Source: Prasinococcaceae sp. CCMP 1430 (taxonomy: Eukaryota; Plantae; Prasinodermophyta). From it: DNA of 64,000 bases. The position numbers were made by a program, and so were the translations under genes. Location: assembly GCA_013416795.1 (NCBI GenBank), contig RQSC01000027.1:1-64000 (forward strand), written 5' to 3'. Positions 9,901-24,319 of the stretch are shown piece by piece. Within the stretch, counting starts at the first letter, position 1; each line of letters starts with the position of its first letter. Below the pieces are notes generated by a model. It was not told the origin of the DNA, did no database searches, and saw only the letters and a list, made by a program, of their open reading frames with translations.

Positions 9901-12900
9901 GCCCCCGGCGCCCGACAACGGCGACGTGCTCGACCTGACCGAGCTCTACGAGTCCATGGAAAGGAGCCGCATCGAGACCGTGGAGGAGCTCGTGCGCAAG
10001 TACCGCACGATCGGCCCTTTGCTGGGCAAGATCGAGGAGGCGGTCGCGGGAACCAACACGGGGCGCTCGCCGCAGCTGTGCGACTACTACGTCCACTGGG
10101 AGCGTCGCATCTTTGACGCCCTGAACGAGATGGTCTTCAGCGGCATGGCAGCCTTCAACGCGATCATGGTTGACCGTGAGGCCGCTTCAGCCTCGGGCGC
10201 CACGCGGCCGCTATTCAAGCTGACGCTCCTCCTGAATGCGCCCGAGATCCTTGTGCAACCGCCGCTCAACGAGGCGGCCAAGCTCTTTGGGCGTCTGGTG
10301 CGCAACATTGTCGAATGCACGCGACCTTTCGTGCGCTGGATGGACGGCACATGCGTGGAGGCGCCCGCGCAGTTCCCCAAGGGCGAGGACGAGGAGCCCG
10401 TGATTTTCACATTTTTCTGGGACGTGAGCGCCAACCCGGTGGTGATCAAGACGATGCTGACGCTCAACCACGCCGTCCAGCGTACCATCGCGCGCGTGAC
10501 GCGCCAGGTGGAGAGCTGGCAGCACTACGAGCACCTGTGGAAGCAGGAGAAGGCTCCCATCCTCGAGAAGTTCGCCGCGCGCCTGCCGAGCTGCGCGGCA
10601 TTCGAGGACAAGCTCGCCAAGTATTCCAGGATGGCCGAGCAGGTGAGGGCCACCCCTCGTGACCGCGACCTCGACTTCATCCGTCTAGCGTGCGGCCCGC
10701 TCATCGGCTCGGTGCGCGACGAGGCCATAGGCTGGGTGCGCGCCATCGCACGTTCGATGGACGCGCTCGACCAGGAGACGCTCAGCGCGCTGGATGCGCG
10801 CATCGAGGCTCTCGCCGCGAGCATCGCCGTGGAGCCAACCACGCTCGACCAGCTCAAGGGCGTGCTGAACGCCCTCGCGGAGATCAATTCGGCCTCGATG
10901 GAGATGGAGATCTCGTACTCCGACCTCGAGGAGCGCTTCCGCACGCGTCGCCTCTACGGGATGGTCTTTGACGAGCAGGAGGAGGAGCGGTGCATGTCTC
11001 TGCGCGGCCGCTGGGGCGAGCTCGCGCGCAACGCCGACGAGGTGGATGACTCGCTGGAGGACACCAAGGAGGAGTTCTGCAAGGTGACGCAGCGGCAGGT
11101 GGCCGATTTCCAGGCGCTGACGGAGGAGGTGTGGGGGCGCTTCAAGACCACCGGCCCGGGCGTGGCGGGCATCGACCTCGACCGCGGTCTGGCCATGATG
11201 GATGAGTTCAAGGCCGAGCTGGCCACCCACAACCAGACGCGCGAGCAGCTCGTGCTCGCGGAGAAACTTTTCGACCTACCCATCACGTCCTACCCGGGGC
11301 TCGCGGAGCTCGGGCGCGAGCTCGACCGCCTGTGGGAGGTCTACACCCTCTATCGCGACCACGTCGAGTCCGTGGCCAGCTCGTCCAAGATGCTGTGGGC
11401 GGAGCTCGACATCGGGCGCGTCATTGCGCGCGCGGAGGACGACACTGCGCGACTGCGCAAGCTCAAACACCTGACGGACCTCAACGCGTATGTCGCCGTC
11501 GACGCGCGCATCCGCGAGTTCCAGGAGTCGCTGCCGCTCATCCAGGACCTCAAGAACGACGCCTTGCGCCCGCGCCACTGGGACCAGCTCATGGAGAAGA
11601 CGGGCAAGCACTTCGAAATGGACCCCAACACGTTTACGCTAGGCAATTTGTTCGATATGCAGCTGCACACGATGGCCGCGGAGATCGGCGAGATCACGGG
11701 CGCGGCCATCAAGGAGCTTACCATCGAGAAGGAAATCGAGAAGATGGCGGGCGTGTGGGCCGAGCAGCACTTCGATCTGTTCAGATACAAGAAGGGCGCC
11801 GAGGACCGCGGCTGGATCCTCAAGTCCACCGAGGAGATCACGCTGCTGCTCGAGGACATGGGACTCAACCTGCAGAGCATGATGGGCAGTAGGTTCGTCA
11901 AGCCCTTCTTGGAAGAGGTGAGGGGCTGGGAGGCGGATCTCTCGCTCATCGGCGAGGTGCTGGATATCTGGATGCAGGTGCAGCGCCGCTGGATGTACCT
12001 GGAGTCCATCTTCATCTGCTCGGACGACATCCGCCAACAGCTGCCCGAGGAGGCCAAACGCTTCGACCGCATTGACAAGACGTGGAAGAAGACGATGGTG
12101 GAGACCTCGAAGAAGACGAACGTGCTCGCCTCGTGCAAGGCCGAGGGCCGCCTGCAGACGCTTGAGGGCCTGCTTGAGGACCTAGAGGCGTGCCAGAAGT
12201 CGCTTTCGAGCTACCTGAGCGCGAAACGGTGCGCGTTCCCCCGCTTCTACTTCATCTCGGACGACGAGCTGCTGTCGATTCTGGGCACGTCGGACGTGAC
12301 GAGCGTCCAAGAGCACATGCTCAAGCTGTACGACAACTGCGCGGCGCTGCGCTTTGGGCGCGGCAACAAGACCGTGGCCGGCATGACGTCCTCTGAGGGC
12401 GAGTCGTACGAGATGCGCGCGGCCGTGGCGACCGAGGGGGCGGTCGAGTCGTGGATGACTGAGGTAGAGGCGGCGATGCGCTCGAGCTTGTACGAGATTT
12501 CGAAGGAGGGCGTGTGGAACTACGCTCAAATGGCTCGAACAAAGTGGATCCTCGATCACATCTCGATGGTCGTGCTCGTGGGTAGCCAAATTTGGTGGAC
12601 TTGGTCGGTGGAGGATGTGTTCCGACGAGTGCGCAGTGGTGACAAGATGGCAATGAAACAGCTCAGTGCCACACTCACAGGCCAGCTGGGGGAGCTGACA
12701 GACATGGTACGCGGTGACCTTGCCAAGCTGCAGCGAAAGAAGCTCAACTCACTCATCACGCTTGACGTGCATGCGAGGGATATCATAGACACCTTCGTTC
12801 GCGACAGCGTGCTCGACGAGCGCGAATTCGCCTGGGAGTCGCAGCTGCGCTTCTACTGGGACCGAGCCCAGGACGACATTGTCATCAGACAATGCACAGG

Positions 12901-15900
12901 TGCCTTCAACTTCGGCTACGAATACCAGGGCATCAACGGACGGCTCGTTATCACGGCGCTCACCGACCGCTGCTACATGACACTTACCACGGCGCTGACT
13001 TACCGGCTCGGAGGCGCACCCGCGGGGCCCGCCGGCACCGGAAAGACCGAGACGGTGTGTACTTTCTCTTCCCCTCCCCTCCCCCATCCGCCCTCCTCCC
13101 TCGATCTGATGCGCGCCCGCTGCGATCACCCGCGCGATCGCGCTGACGCAATGCGCGCTTTGCTCACCGCATTGCCCCCGGGTGCCTGCAGGTCAAGGAC
13201 CTGGCCAAGGCGATGGCGCTCCTCTGCGTAGTCTTCAACTGCGGCGAAGGCCTTGACTACAAGGCCATGGGCTCAATCTTCAGCGGGCTGGTGCAGTGCG
13301 GCGCGTGGGGCTGCTTCGACGAGTTCAACCGCATCGATGCCGAGGTGCTCTCTGTCGTTTCGTCCCAGATCCGCCAGATTCAGGAGGCCCTCAAGAACAA
13401 CCAGAAGCGCTTCCAATTCGAAGGGCGGGAAATATCGTGCGACAGCCGAGCAGGAATCTTCATTACCATGGTCAGTTTATGCGCACCGCATGCGTCCGCA
13501 TCCGAAAGCTTTGGCTCGTCTCTTTCTGGCGCGCGCTCTGGAACATTCAAGCGCCGCTCTAGGCTTTTCTAGCGTCGTGCCTGTTCTCTTGACTCGACCG
13601 CCTAGCGCCAGCCTTCAATCCTCGCGCGACTGACTCCGCGTGCCTACTCTGTACAAACTCCCAGAACCCCGGCTACGCGGGCCGCACAGAGCTCCCCGAC
13701 AACCTCAAGGCGCTGTTCCGACCGGTGACCATGGTTGTGCCTGACCTTGAGCAGATCTGCGCCATCATGCTCTTCAGCGAGGGCTTCGACACCGCCACGC
13801 TGCTGGCCAAGAAAATGTGCGTGCTGTACAAGCTCGCCAAGGAGCAGCTGTCCAAGCAGCACCACTACGACTTCGGCTTGCGCGCCCTCAAGAGCGTGCT
13901 CGTCATGGCCGGCTCGCTCAAGCGCGACTCCCCCGATATGAGCGAGGCCCTCGTGCTCATGCGCGCACTGCGCGATATGAATCTGCCCAAGTTCGTCTTC
14001 GACGACGTGCCGCTCTTCCTGGGGCTCATCAACGACCTGTTCCCCGGGCTGGACTGCCCGCGCGTGCGGTATCCGCAGCTCAACGACGTGCTTGAGCGCG
14101 ACCTCAAGGACCACGGCTACAAGGTGATGACCGAGGCGTCCGCACAGGTCGACAAGTGCATCATGCTGTACGAGACCATGCTCACGCGCCACACGACCAT
14201 GGTGGTCGGCGAGACCGGCGGAGGCAAGTCGGTAATCATAAACACGCTCGCGCGCGCGCAGACAGCCATGGGCAGCAACACGAAGCTGCATGTCCTCAAC
14301 GGCAAGTCGATTCCCGTGAGCGAGCTCTACGGCGTGCTTGACCCGGAGACGCGCGACTGGACCGACGGCCTGCTGAGCTGCACGTTCCGCGAGCTCAACC
14401 GCCCGCTGCTCAGTGACAAGGATGAGAAGCGCTACATCGTCTTCGACGGCGATGTCGACGCCGTGTGGGTTGAGAACATGAATAGCGTCATGGATGACAA
14501 TAAGCTGCTCACCCTTCCAAATGGCGAGCGCATCAGGCTGCAGCCGTACGTCAAGCTGCTTTTCGAGGTCTCCGACCTGCAGTACGCGTCACCCGCGACC
14601 GTCAGCCGCTGCGGCATGGTGTACGTCGACCCGAAGAATCTGGGTTACGAGCCCTACGTGTGGCGCTGGCTCCAAGGCCGCCCCGAGGCCGAGGCCGAGG
14701 CGCTGCGGCCACTCTTCGAGCGCTTCCTCGCACCGCTGGTTGACTTCGTTGTCGAGGGCGTCGACGGCGAGACACAGGGGAAACCCCTGCGCCTGACGGT
14801 GCCGCGCACGCGCCTCAACCTGGCCACGCAGCTCTGCACCATGCTCGAGGTCCTGCTCACCGAGGACGCGCCCGCGACGGAGGGCGCCGCCCTCGAGGCG
14901 CTCTTTCTCTTCTGCGCGACGTGGTCGCTCGGCGCGGCCGTCGTGCAGAACGCCGTCGTCAAGGAGCGCGACCGCTTCGACGAGTTTCTCAAGCGCCTGG
15001 CGGGGCTCGGCACGACCGACGCGCCGCAGGTTGGCGCCGGTCAGCTGCCCACGAAGCCGCTGTACGACTACTGCTTCGACACGGCCGAGCGGAAGTGGCG
15101 CACTTGGGCCGCGTACACGCCTGAGTACACAGTGCCCGCCGGCGTCAGGTACGCCAAGATCCTAGTGCCCACCCAGGACACCGTGCGCTCAACGTGGCTG
15201 CTCGACGCGCTCATGAGCCAAGGGCGCTCGGTGCTCTTCGTCGGCGAGACGGGCACCTCGAAGACGGTCTCCGTGCAGGCCTACCTCGACCAGCTGCCCG
15301 CCGAGTCCAACAACACGCTCAACATCAACTTCTCGAGCCGTACGAGCTCGAACGACGTGCAGCGCGTCCTCGAGGATTCCATCGAGAAGCGCAACAAGAA
15401 CACGTACGGCCCTCCGCTGGGCAAGAAACTCCACTGCTACGTCGACGACCTGAACATGCCGCGCGTCGACACTTACGGCACGCAGCAGCCGATCGCCTTC
15501 CTCAAGCTCGCCATCGATCGCGGCGGCTTCTACGACCGCGGCAAGGACCTCAACTGGAAGAACCTCAAGGACGTGCAGTACGTCGGCGCGATGGGCCCGC
15601 CAGGAGGCGCGCGAAACCCAGTGGACCCGCGCTTCATGAGCCTCTTTTCGGTGTTCGAGATCGCGCCGCCGTCGCGCGCATCCCTCGTGCGCATATACGA
15701 CACGCTGCTCGAGTACGCGCTGGCGCCCTTCGGGGACGAGATGGCCAGCGTGCGCGCCAACCTCACGCAGCACACGCTCGACCTGTACGCGCACCTGTGC
15801 GAGAAGCTGCCACCGACGCCAAGCTGCTTCACCTACCTCTTCAACATGCGCGACGTCTCGCGCGTGTACGAGGGGCTCACGCTGGCCACTCCGGAGGTCA

Positions 15901-18900
15901 TGAAGGGCCCCGCGTCCATCATCCGCCTGTGGCGCAACGAGGTTCGCGCCGTCTTCCAGGACCGCATGATCAAAGACAGCGACAGGGACGTGGTGACCGC
16001 CAAAGTCGAGGAGATCGTGCGCGGCGCCTTCGGCGCCGACGCGGAGGCGGTGCTCGCGGACCCCATCATCTTCGGTGACTACAAGAACATGCTGGAGCAG
16101 GAGGGCCAGCCACGATTGTACCAGGACCTCGTCGACTACGCCTCGGTGAAGCCGCTCGTGGAGGAAATCCTTGAGAGGTACAACGAGAAGTTCAAGACGA
16201 TGGAGCTGGTGATGTTCAACGACGCGCTGGAGCACCTCACTCGCATCCACCGCATCCTGCGCATGGAGCGCGGCAACGCGCTGCTTGTGGGCGTCGGCGG
16301 CAGCGGCAAGCAGTCGCTGTCGTATCTGGCGTCGTACATGGCAGGCTGTGAGGTCTTCACCATCACGCTATCGCGCGGCTACAACGAGGCTGCCTTCCGC
16401 GAGGACCTCAAGTCTCTGTACACCAAGCTGGGCATGGAGAACAAGAAGGTGGCCTTCCTGATGACCGACGGCCACGTCGCCGAGGAGGGTTTCCTCGAGC
16501 TGCTCAACAACATGCTCACGTCGGGCATGGTACCCGCGCTTTATGCCGAAGACGAGAAGGACGGCATGATCAACACCGTGCGCGAGGAGGTCGTCAAGGC
16601 AGGCCTGCCCGACTCGAAGGACGCCTGCTGGCAGTACTTCGTGCAGAAGTGCCAGGCGAACCTGCACGTCCTGCTGTGCATGTCGCCAGTGGGCGACACG
16701 CTGCGCACGCGCTGCCGCAACTTCCCGGGCATGGTGAACAACACGGTGATCGACAACTTCGGGGTTTGGCCGACCGAGGCGCTAAAGGCCGTTGCGACGC
16801 GCTTCCTCGACAACGTCGACCTGCCCGACGCGCACCGCGAGTCCGTCATCGACCACATGGTCATGACGCACCAGAGCGTGCGGCAGTTCTGCAAGGATTA
16901 CCTCACGCAACTGCGCCGGCACAACTACGTCACGCCTAAGAACTACCTCGACTTCGTGAGCAACTACGCGACTGAGCTCGCGAAGAATCGGCAGACCTTC
17001 GGCGACATGTCCAGCCGCCTGGACGGTGGCCTGCAGAAGCTCATCCAGGCGGGCGACGAAGTCGCCAAGATGCAGGTTGAGCTGGCGGACGCCGTGGTGG
17101 TCGTTGACAAGGCTACAAAGGAGTGCAACGAGCTGCTCGAGGTCATTTCGAAGAACACCGAGGAGGTCGAGGGCAAGCAGAAAATTGCCGGTGAACGCGA
17201 GGCCCAGCTCGAGATCGACTCAGTAGAGATCGCCAAGCAGAAGAAGGAGGCCGAGGAGGCGCTCGAGGAAGCAATCCCGGCGCTCGAGGCGGCCGCCGAG
17301 GCGCTGAACAATCTGAAGAAGGAGGAGATCACGGAGATTCGCTCGTTCGCCAAGCCGCACGTCCTGGTGCAGAAGGTGTGCGAGTGCGTGGTCATCATGC
17401 GTGGCATTAAAGAGGTGTCGTGGAAGAGCGCCAAGGCGATGATGAGCGACATGGGGTTCCTCAACTCGCTCATCCGCTACGACAAGGACGGCATCACCGA
17501 CAAGCAGATGCGCGCGGTCAACTCGTACCTCAAAGATCCCAAGTTCACCCCCGACGAAGTGATGAACATCTCCACGGCCGGCGCGGGCCTGCTGCGCTGG
17601 GTGGTCGCGATGGCCAACTACAACAAAATCGCCAAGCAGGTGAATCCGAAGCGCCAGGCTGTCGCCACCGCCGAGAAGAAGCAGCGCCAGGCGCAGAAGG
17701 ACCTCACCAAGATCAAGGCGGCGCTCAGCTCGCTGCAGGAGCAACTCGCCGAGCTCACGCAGCAATTTGAGACCAAGACGGTCGAGCAGCAGCAGCTCAA
17801 GGAGAAGGCCGAGCTCATGGAGCGCCGCCTGCAGGCGGCATCCAAGCTCATCACCGGCCTTGAATCCGAGCGCACGCGCTGGACGGCCGACCTCGAGACG
17901 CTTGCCACCAAAACCAGCGCGCTAGTGGGCGATTGTCTGCTCACCTCGAGCTTCCTCAGCTACGCAGGCGGTTTCACGTACGATTTCCGCCACCAGATGA
18001 CCTACGTGATGTGGCAGAACGACCTGACGGAGAAGGGTGTCCCGCTGACGGTGCCCTTCCGCCTGGAGACGCTGCTCACCGACGACGTCGAGGTGTCGCA
18101 GTGGGGCGCTGAGGGCCTGCCCGCCGACGAGCTCAGCGTGCAGAACGGCATCCTCACCACACGCGCCTCGCGCTTCCCGCTGTGCATCGACCCTCAGATG
18201 CAAGCAGTGACGTGGATCAAGAGACGCGAGGGCAAGAACTTAGAGGGTCGCGTGCGGACCTTCAACGACGCGGACTTCCTCAAGCAGCTCGAGCTAGCCA
18301 TCCAGTACGGGTTCGCCTTCCTTTTCGAGAACCTTGACGAGTACATCGACCCGATCATCGACCCCGTGCTCGAGAAGAACTTGACCGTGGGCGCCGGCGG
18401 GCGAAAGATGATCAAGCTGGGCGACAGCGAGGTCGAGTGGGACGACGGCTTCCAGCTGTATATGACCTCCAAGCTGAGCGCGCCGCACTACTCGCCCGAG
18501 GTCTCGGGCAAGACCATGATCATTAACTACGGAGTTACCCAAAGCGGCCTGCAGGAGCAGCTGCTGAACGTGACGGTGGGCCACGAGCGCGCGGACCTCG
18601 AGGAGCAGCGCGAGGCGCTCGTGCAAGAGATGAGCGCGAACAAGGCGACGCTCAAGGCGCTCGAAGACTCACTGCTGGCCAATCTGTCGAGCGCTACTGG
18701 CAACATCCTCGACAACTCGGAGCTCATCAGCACGCTCGATGACGCCAAGACGCAGGCGGTGGCCATCGGCGCGGCGCTCGAGAAGGCGAAGGTGACCGCC
18801 GAGGAGATCGACGAGGTGCGCCAGGGCTATGTACCCGCGGCGGCGCGTGGGGCAGTGCTCTACTTCGTGATGGCCTCGCTCAGCGCCATCAACAACATGT

Positions 18901-21302
18901 ACGAGTACTCCCTGGCGGCGTTCTTGCAGGTGTTCAACCTGTCGCTCGACACCTCTAGGAAGGACACCGACCTCGATGCGCGCCTTCGCAACATCGTCGA
19001 CGCCGTCACGCAAGACGTGTACAATTACACGTGCACGGGCCTCTTCGAGAAGCACAAGCTTATGTTCTCCTTCCAGATGACCGCCAAGATCATCGACCAG
19101 GAGGGCGCCCTCAACCGCGAGTACTTGGACTTCTTCCTCAAGGGCAACCTAAGCCTGGAGAAGAGCGCGCGCAAGCGCCCCGCCTTGTGGTTTCCGGAGC
19201 AGGGCTGGGAGGACCTCGTGCGCGCCGCGGAGATTGACGAGAAATTCGCGGAGCTGGCGGATCACGTCGAGAAGAACGCGGACGCGTGGCAGGCCTACTA
19301 TGACCTGGAGGCGCCCGAGAGCGCGCCCATGCCGGGCGGCTTTCGCGAGCGTCTGGACGACTTCGAGCAGATGATCGTGATGCGCTGCCTGCGCATGGAT
19401 CGTGTGACCGTGACAATCACCAACTACGTAGTCGAGCACATGGGCGAGAAGTATATTACCCCGCCTGTGCTCGACTACAAGGCCATCTACCAGCAGAGCG
19501 GGCCACTCACGCCCGTCGTCTTTGTGCTGTCACCAGGCGCAGACCCGGCGTTCGATGTGTTCAAGCTTGGTGAGTCGATGGGCTACAAGCCCGGCGGCAA
19601 GCTTAAGTACATGGCTCTCGGTCAGGGCATGGGCCCCAAGGCGCAGGAATTCCTGGAGACAGGCGCAGCGCGCGGCCTGTGGGTGATGCTGCAGAACTGC
19701 CATCTTCTGCCCAGTTGGCTGAAGACCCTCGAGAAGATCCTCGAGAAGATCACCAACCCGCACAAGGACTTCCGGCTTTTCCTGACGACCGACCCCACGG
19801 ATAAGTTCCCTCTGGGTGTGCTGCAGCGCTCGCTCAAGGTCGTGACCGAGCCGCCCAACGGCCTCAAGCTCAACATGCGCGCTTCCTACTCAAAGATCAC
19901 CGAGGAGACGCTCGCGGAGTGCCCGCACGAGGGCTTCAGGCCGCTGGTCTACGTGCTATCCTTTTTCCACGCGGTGGTGCAGGAGCGGCGCAAGTATGGC
20001 AAGCTCGGGTGGAACGTGCCGTACGACTTCAATGAGACGGACATGCGCATCTCCATGACGCTCATCAACACGTACCTCACCAAATCGCACAACAACGGCG
20101 ATGACAGCATGCCGTGGGATACGCTACGCTACCTCATCGGCGAGGCCATGTACGGCGGGCGTGTGAGCGACGGCCTCGACCGGCGCATCCTGAACACGTA
20201 CCTCGACGAGTACCTCGGCGATTTTCTGTTCGACTCATTCCAGCCCTTCCACTTCTACATGTCGAAGGAGGTGGACTACAAGATCCCGCCGCAGGGTCCA
20301 GTCGCCAACTACACGGACGCCATCTCTGAGCTCCCCATGGCGCAGACACCCGAGGTGTTCGGCCTGCATGCCAACGCGGACATATCGTACTACACCAACG
20401 CCACCCGCCAAATCTGGCGCGACCTGGTCGCGCTGCAACCGCGCGTGGGCGGCGGCGGCGACGGCGTGTCGCGTGAGGACTTCATCGGCGGCGTGGCGCG
20501 CGACATCTTGGACAAGCTGCCCGAGCCCTTCGACATGCCCGTGCTGCGCAAGAGGATCGGGGTGCCGGGCCCCACCACAGTGGTGCTGCTGCAGGAGCTC
20601 GATCGGTGGAACAAGATGGTGGAGAAGATGAGCGGCAGTCTCAAGGACCTCCAGAAGGCGCTCGTGGGCGAGATCGGCATGAGCGCCGAGCTCGACGCGT
20701 TGGGTTCCTCTATTTTCGACGGGCAGCTGCCGGAAATGTGGCGCCGGCTCACCTCGCAGACTGAAAAGAACCTCGCGGGGTGGATGCTATACTTTGAGCG
20801 ACGGCACAAACAATACGTGTCGTGGGTGGCGGAAGGCGAGCCCGCGGTCATGTGGCTGGCTGGCCTGCAGATCCCTGAGACGTACATCGCCGCGCTCGTG
20901 CAGACGGCGTGTCGCGAGAAGGGCTGGCCTCTCGACAAGAGCACGCTGTACACCAAGGTGACCACCGTGACCGACCCTGCCGAGCTCAAGGACAAGAAGC
21001 TGCCCTTCGGCAGCTACGTGTCGGGGCTGTACCTCGAGGGCGCCGGATGGGACCTCAAGACCTCGCGCCTCCGCAGGCAAAATCCCAAGGAGCTCGTCAC
21101 CGAGCTTCCCGTGCTGCAGATCATCCCCGTGGAGGCGACAAGGCTCAAGCTGCAGAACACATTCCGCGCCCCCGTCTACGTCACGCAGTCGCGCAGGAAC
21201 GCCATGGGCGTGGGGCTCGTCTTCGAGGCCGACCTGGCGACCAGGGATCACAGCAGCCACTGGGTGCTCCAGGGCGTCGCGTTGACTCTGAACATCAGCT
21301 AG
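6980..21302 (+). CDS. DNAH10: Axonemal inner-arm dynein I1/f alpha heavy chain (~4660 aa); exons 6980-13054, 13192-13470, 13665-21302
   Basis: Full DHC_N1/N2 tail. P-loops GPAGTGKTET, GETGGGKS, GETGTSKT and GVGGSGKQS, plus CFDEFNRI and FITM|NPGYAGRTELPDNLK. The C-terminus SHWVLQGVALTLN and the P2/P3 loop variants are DNAH10/DHC1-like. Introns 13055-13191 and 13471-13664 are phase 0 with CTGAC branch points. Confidence 0.9.
7304..7405 (+). repeat. 51-nt tandem duplication within the dynein N-terminal acidic insert
   Basis: Units 7304-7354 (EGCEQADGGAPKGGDGA) and 7355-7405 (EGGEQADGGAPEGGGGA). Confidence 0.85.
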
Positions 21303-21525
21303 ACGAAACGAGCCGCCAGCGAGGAGAAGGGGTCATCCTCAGCGCAGGTCCCGTCGAAGAGACAGGGAACGGAGAAGAGAGGCCAGCGGCGGGCGGAGCA
21401 ATCCTTCATCTCACCCCCAACCACACCTAGTACTAACTAATTAAATTAATGAGCCTAACACTATGAATACAACCGCGCAGTTCCGACCGTCCCAGCTGCA
21501 GCGGACGCGCTTCCCGCGGTGCCAC

Positions 21526-23893
21526 TTAGTCGTCGCTGAAGATGGCGCTGAGCAAGAATGCGTCTATTTCGTCGCGCGGTGGAGGCGGCGGAGGCGGAAC
21601 CAACGGAGCCTCCGCCTGACCGCGCGTCAGCGCATCGCCAGCCACCGATAGACCTGACTGCTCGGGCGGCAGCAGGACGCCCGCACTCTGAAACTGGCCT
21701 CCGGCCGCTGCCCCTCCACTGCCGCCCATCCAGTCGCCTTGGCGCGAAAGTAGCTCCTTCGTCTTGTCGCCGGACCCGTGCTTCGCGGCGGCACCCTTGG
21801 GCGCAGGCACGCCAAAACGCTTGCACAGCAGCCGCGCTGGCTCCCATGGCTCGACCTGACCGTGCCCAGTGCGATGCCACCCAGCGCGCGAGCAGCATGG
21901 CAGCGCGCTCAAGAGGTCAGTTTGGCGAGGCGAATGCGCGCCAACTGCTGTGAACGACGGGGCGCACGTACATCGGGCGCGAGGTGGCATCCCGCCCGGC
22001 GCGATGACGCGCGCATACCTTTCGACCAGTCGCAGGGCCAGGCGCGGTGGCCTCCACAGCGGCACCAGCGGGTGCAAAGCGATCGCCCATATTGAAGCCT
22101 GCACCGGCAACAGAGGGTGGAGCAGGCACGCCTGCAACGGCCCCCGTCTGCCCAGCGCCGGCCACGTATGGAGGTGCGGGCCGACGCAGCTCCGCATCGT
22201 CACGCATGATGGCCTCGCGCTCTCGAAGCGTCGTTGCCGCCTCGGGGTATGCACTTGCTTGTGCACCAAGACCACTCGCAGCGGCTGCCGCTGTGGCCGC
22301 CAGTGCAGCTGTACGTGCTTCGTCCTCGCGGAGCTTTGCACCCAACTCGTGCTTCTTGAAGGCGTAGTAAGCCGCTCCCTCCCCGCCGAATAAGAACACG
22401 AAAGCACGATTCCCGGCATTGCGGTCCCGTGCAATCTCCTCGAAGTCGGGGCCGTTCTTGACAACAAAGGCGGCGAGCGTGTCTGCCGCCCGCCGGACTT
22501 CAGCGTTTCGTGGCGGCGGCGCGGGTGGCGGGGCCGGTCCGACCCCTCCCGTGGCGGCGGCCACGTTCTCAAACACATGTACGCCATCGAATTCGGCCGG
22601 CACGTCGAGTGTGGTCTCATCGAGGACGTCAGCAAGGGCGGCCACGCGCATGTGCCCCACCTGATGTGCGGCCACGAGCTCGACGCTCTCGGCCACTTTG
22701 GGCGCCTCTTTGGGTCGCGCCGCAAAGAGCGACAGTGTGCTGTCGTGCTCTGATCGCGCGTGGGCCATGCTCATGCCCAGCCGCTGCTTTTCGCGCTTTT
22801 CGCGCTGCTCGTGCATCGCCGCGTCGCGAGAGAGTGCACGCGCGCCCCCGAGGGCGCCGCGATCGCGCAGCGTCGAAGTAAACAGCCTGCTGCCGCCTCC
22901 CTCGCGCTGCGGGCCGTCGTCGTAAATGTCGTCGCCATCCCCGTCAGCGTCGTCCATGACGTACGCACCGGGACCCTCGTGGGTATACATGGCACCTGCC
23001 GTCTCTTGGCGCGCGGCAATCATGTCGCTCAGTAGCTTCGGCCGTTGCGAGTTTTCAAGCAGCGACTGCTTGGGTGTGCTCCGTGCTGGGCCGGTGTCGA
23101 GCCTCTCACCCGCACCGCCGTATCCAACGCCGCGTCTGCTCCGCCGCGGCCTCACCTGGGGTGCGTACACGTCCACCTCCTCGCCACCCGTGAGAAGCAC
23201 CACCTTCGTGGCGCCAGGCTCGCCAGCAGCTGCGCCGCGAACCTTGACCGCGCGTGCGCCAATGCCGCCGCCTTCCCGCCATCCGAGCGTACGCAAGAGC
23301 TGCAGACCCTTGCGCTCGACCTCAGTGCTGCCATGGCTGGCCTTGCCGCGCTCAGTGCTACCTGCGGCAACGCTTTCGACTGCCGCTTGTGCCACCATGC
23401 CCGCAAAGCTGTCCTCGGCGCGCACAACCTTGCCCAAGCTTGCCACCGCACCTCCGCTTGCTCCGTTCCCCAAAGGGCTACTATGCGAGTCGTATTGCGG
23501 CGAACAGCGCAGTGGCTTGCCAGCGCCCTTGGCGAGCGCAGCACGCTCGGCTTCGTCCATGAAGTCGGCCGCGGCAGCTGCTACCGGCGCCGCGCGCTTT
23601 GAACGCGAGCTGATGAACGAGCGCGGCACGAAGCCCGCAGACGCATCGCTCACGGCATCCTCCAGGCCTGGACCAGCGCGCGCCGCGTGGTGCACAAGAC
23701 TCCTTGCGGAGAAAGCGTCGCCGGCTGCTGGCGCCGCGCCAGCCCCTCTACGCGCGCCCGATCCACCACTAGATCCATCGCCGGCAGGCTGCGACCCATC
23801 ACTGCCAGGCGCTGTGCCGTACGCACGCATTGGGTCGAGGCGAGCCGCCCGCCGCCGCCTCTCCTGTTGCATCATGCCGCCTCCGCCGTACAT
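21526..23893 (-). CDS. TGH: TOUGH/GPATCH1-like RNA-processing protein (DUF1604 + G-patch + SURP); exons 23893-22019, 21855-21526
   Basis: FVPRSFISSRSKR..DFMDE (DUF1604), GLQLLRTLGWREGGGIG (G-patch), ADTLAAFVVKNGPDFE..FLFGGEGAAYY (SURP). Intron 22018-21856 joins GRK|VEPWEPARLLCKRF. The protein ends AIFSDD. Confidence 0.85.
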
Positions 23894-24319
23894 CGCTCCC
23901 AGCGGGGCGCACCTTCCCGCCGCACCGCCTCAGCACGGGCGCGTGCCGGCGCTCATCGCCGTGCGCACCGCCGCTCCGCCGCTCGCGGTGTGGCAGCGGC
24001 GGGCGGGTACGAGCGCGAGCATTGCCCGGCGCACACTTGAGCGGGGAGGAAATAAGGGCGAAAAAAAAAAAAGGTCTAGCTAGCGAGCCGGCCGGGCGGC
24101 ACACAGCTGCGGCCGTGCACCCCCGCCCTGCGCGCGCTCGCGCTCGCGGGCCGGCCGCGCAGTCGCGCGGACGCGGCTGCGCGGCCGCACGCGGGGCTTG
24201 TTTGCTTAGTCGCTGGGTGGGTGGTGGTGGCGGCCGCCTTTGCAGCGGTGGCCCTTTCCCAGCGGCCTCTCCTCTCCAGCGCGCGCGGGCGCGGGGAATG
24301 GGGCTTGGTGGTCTGGGGG

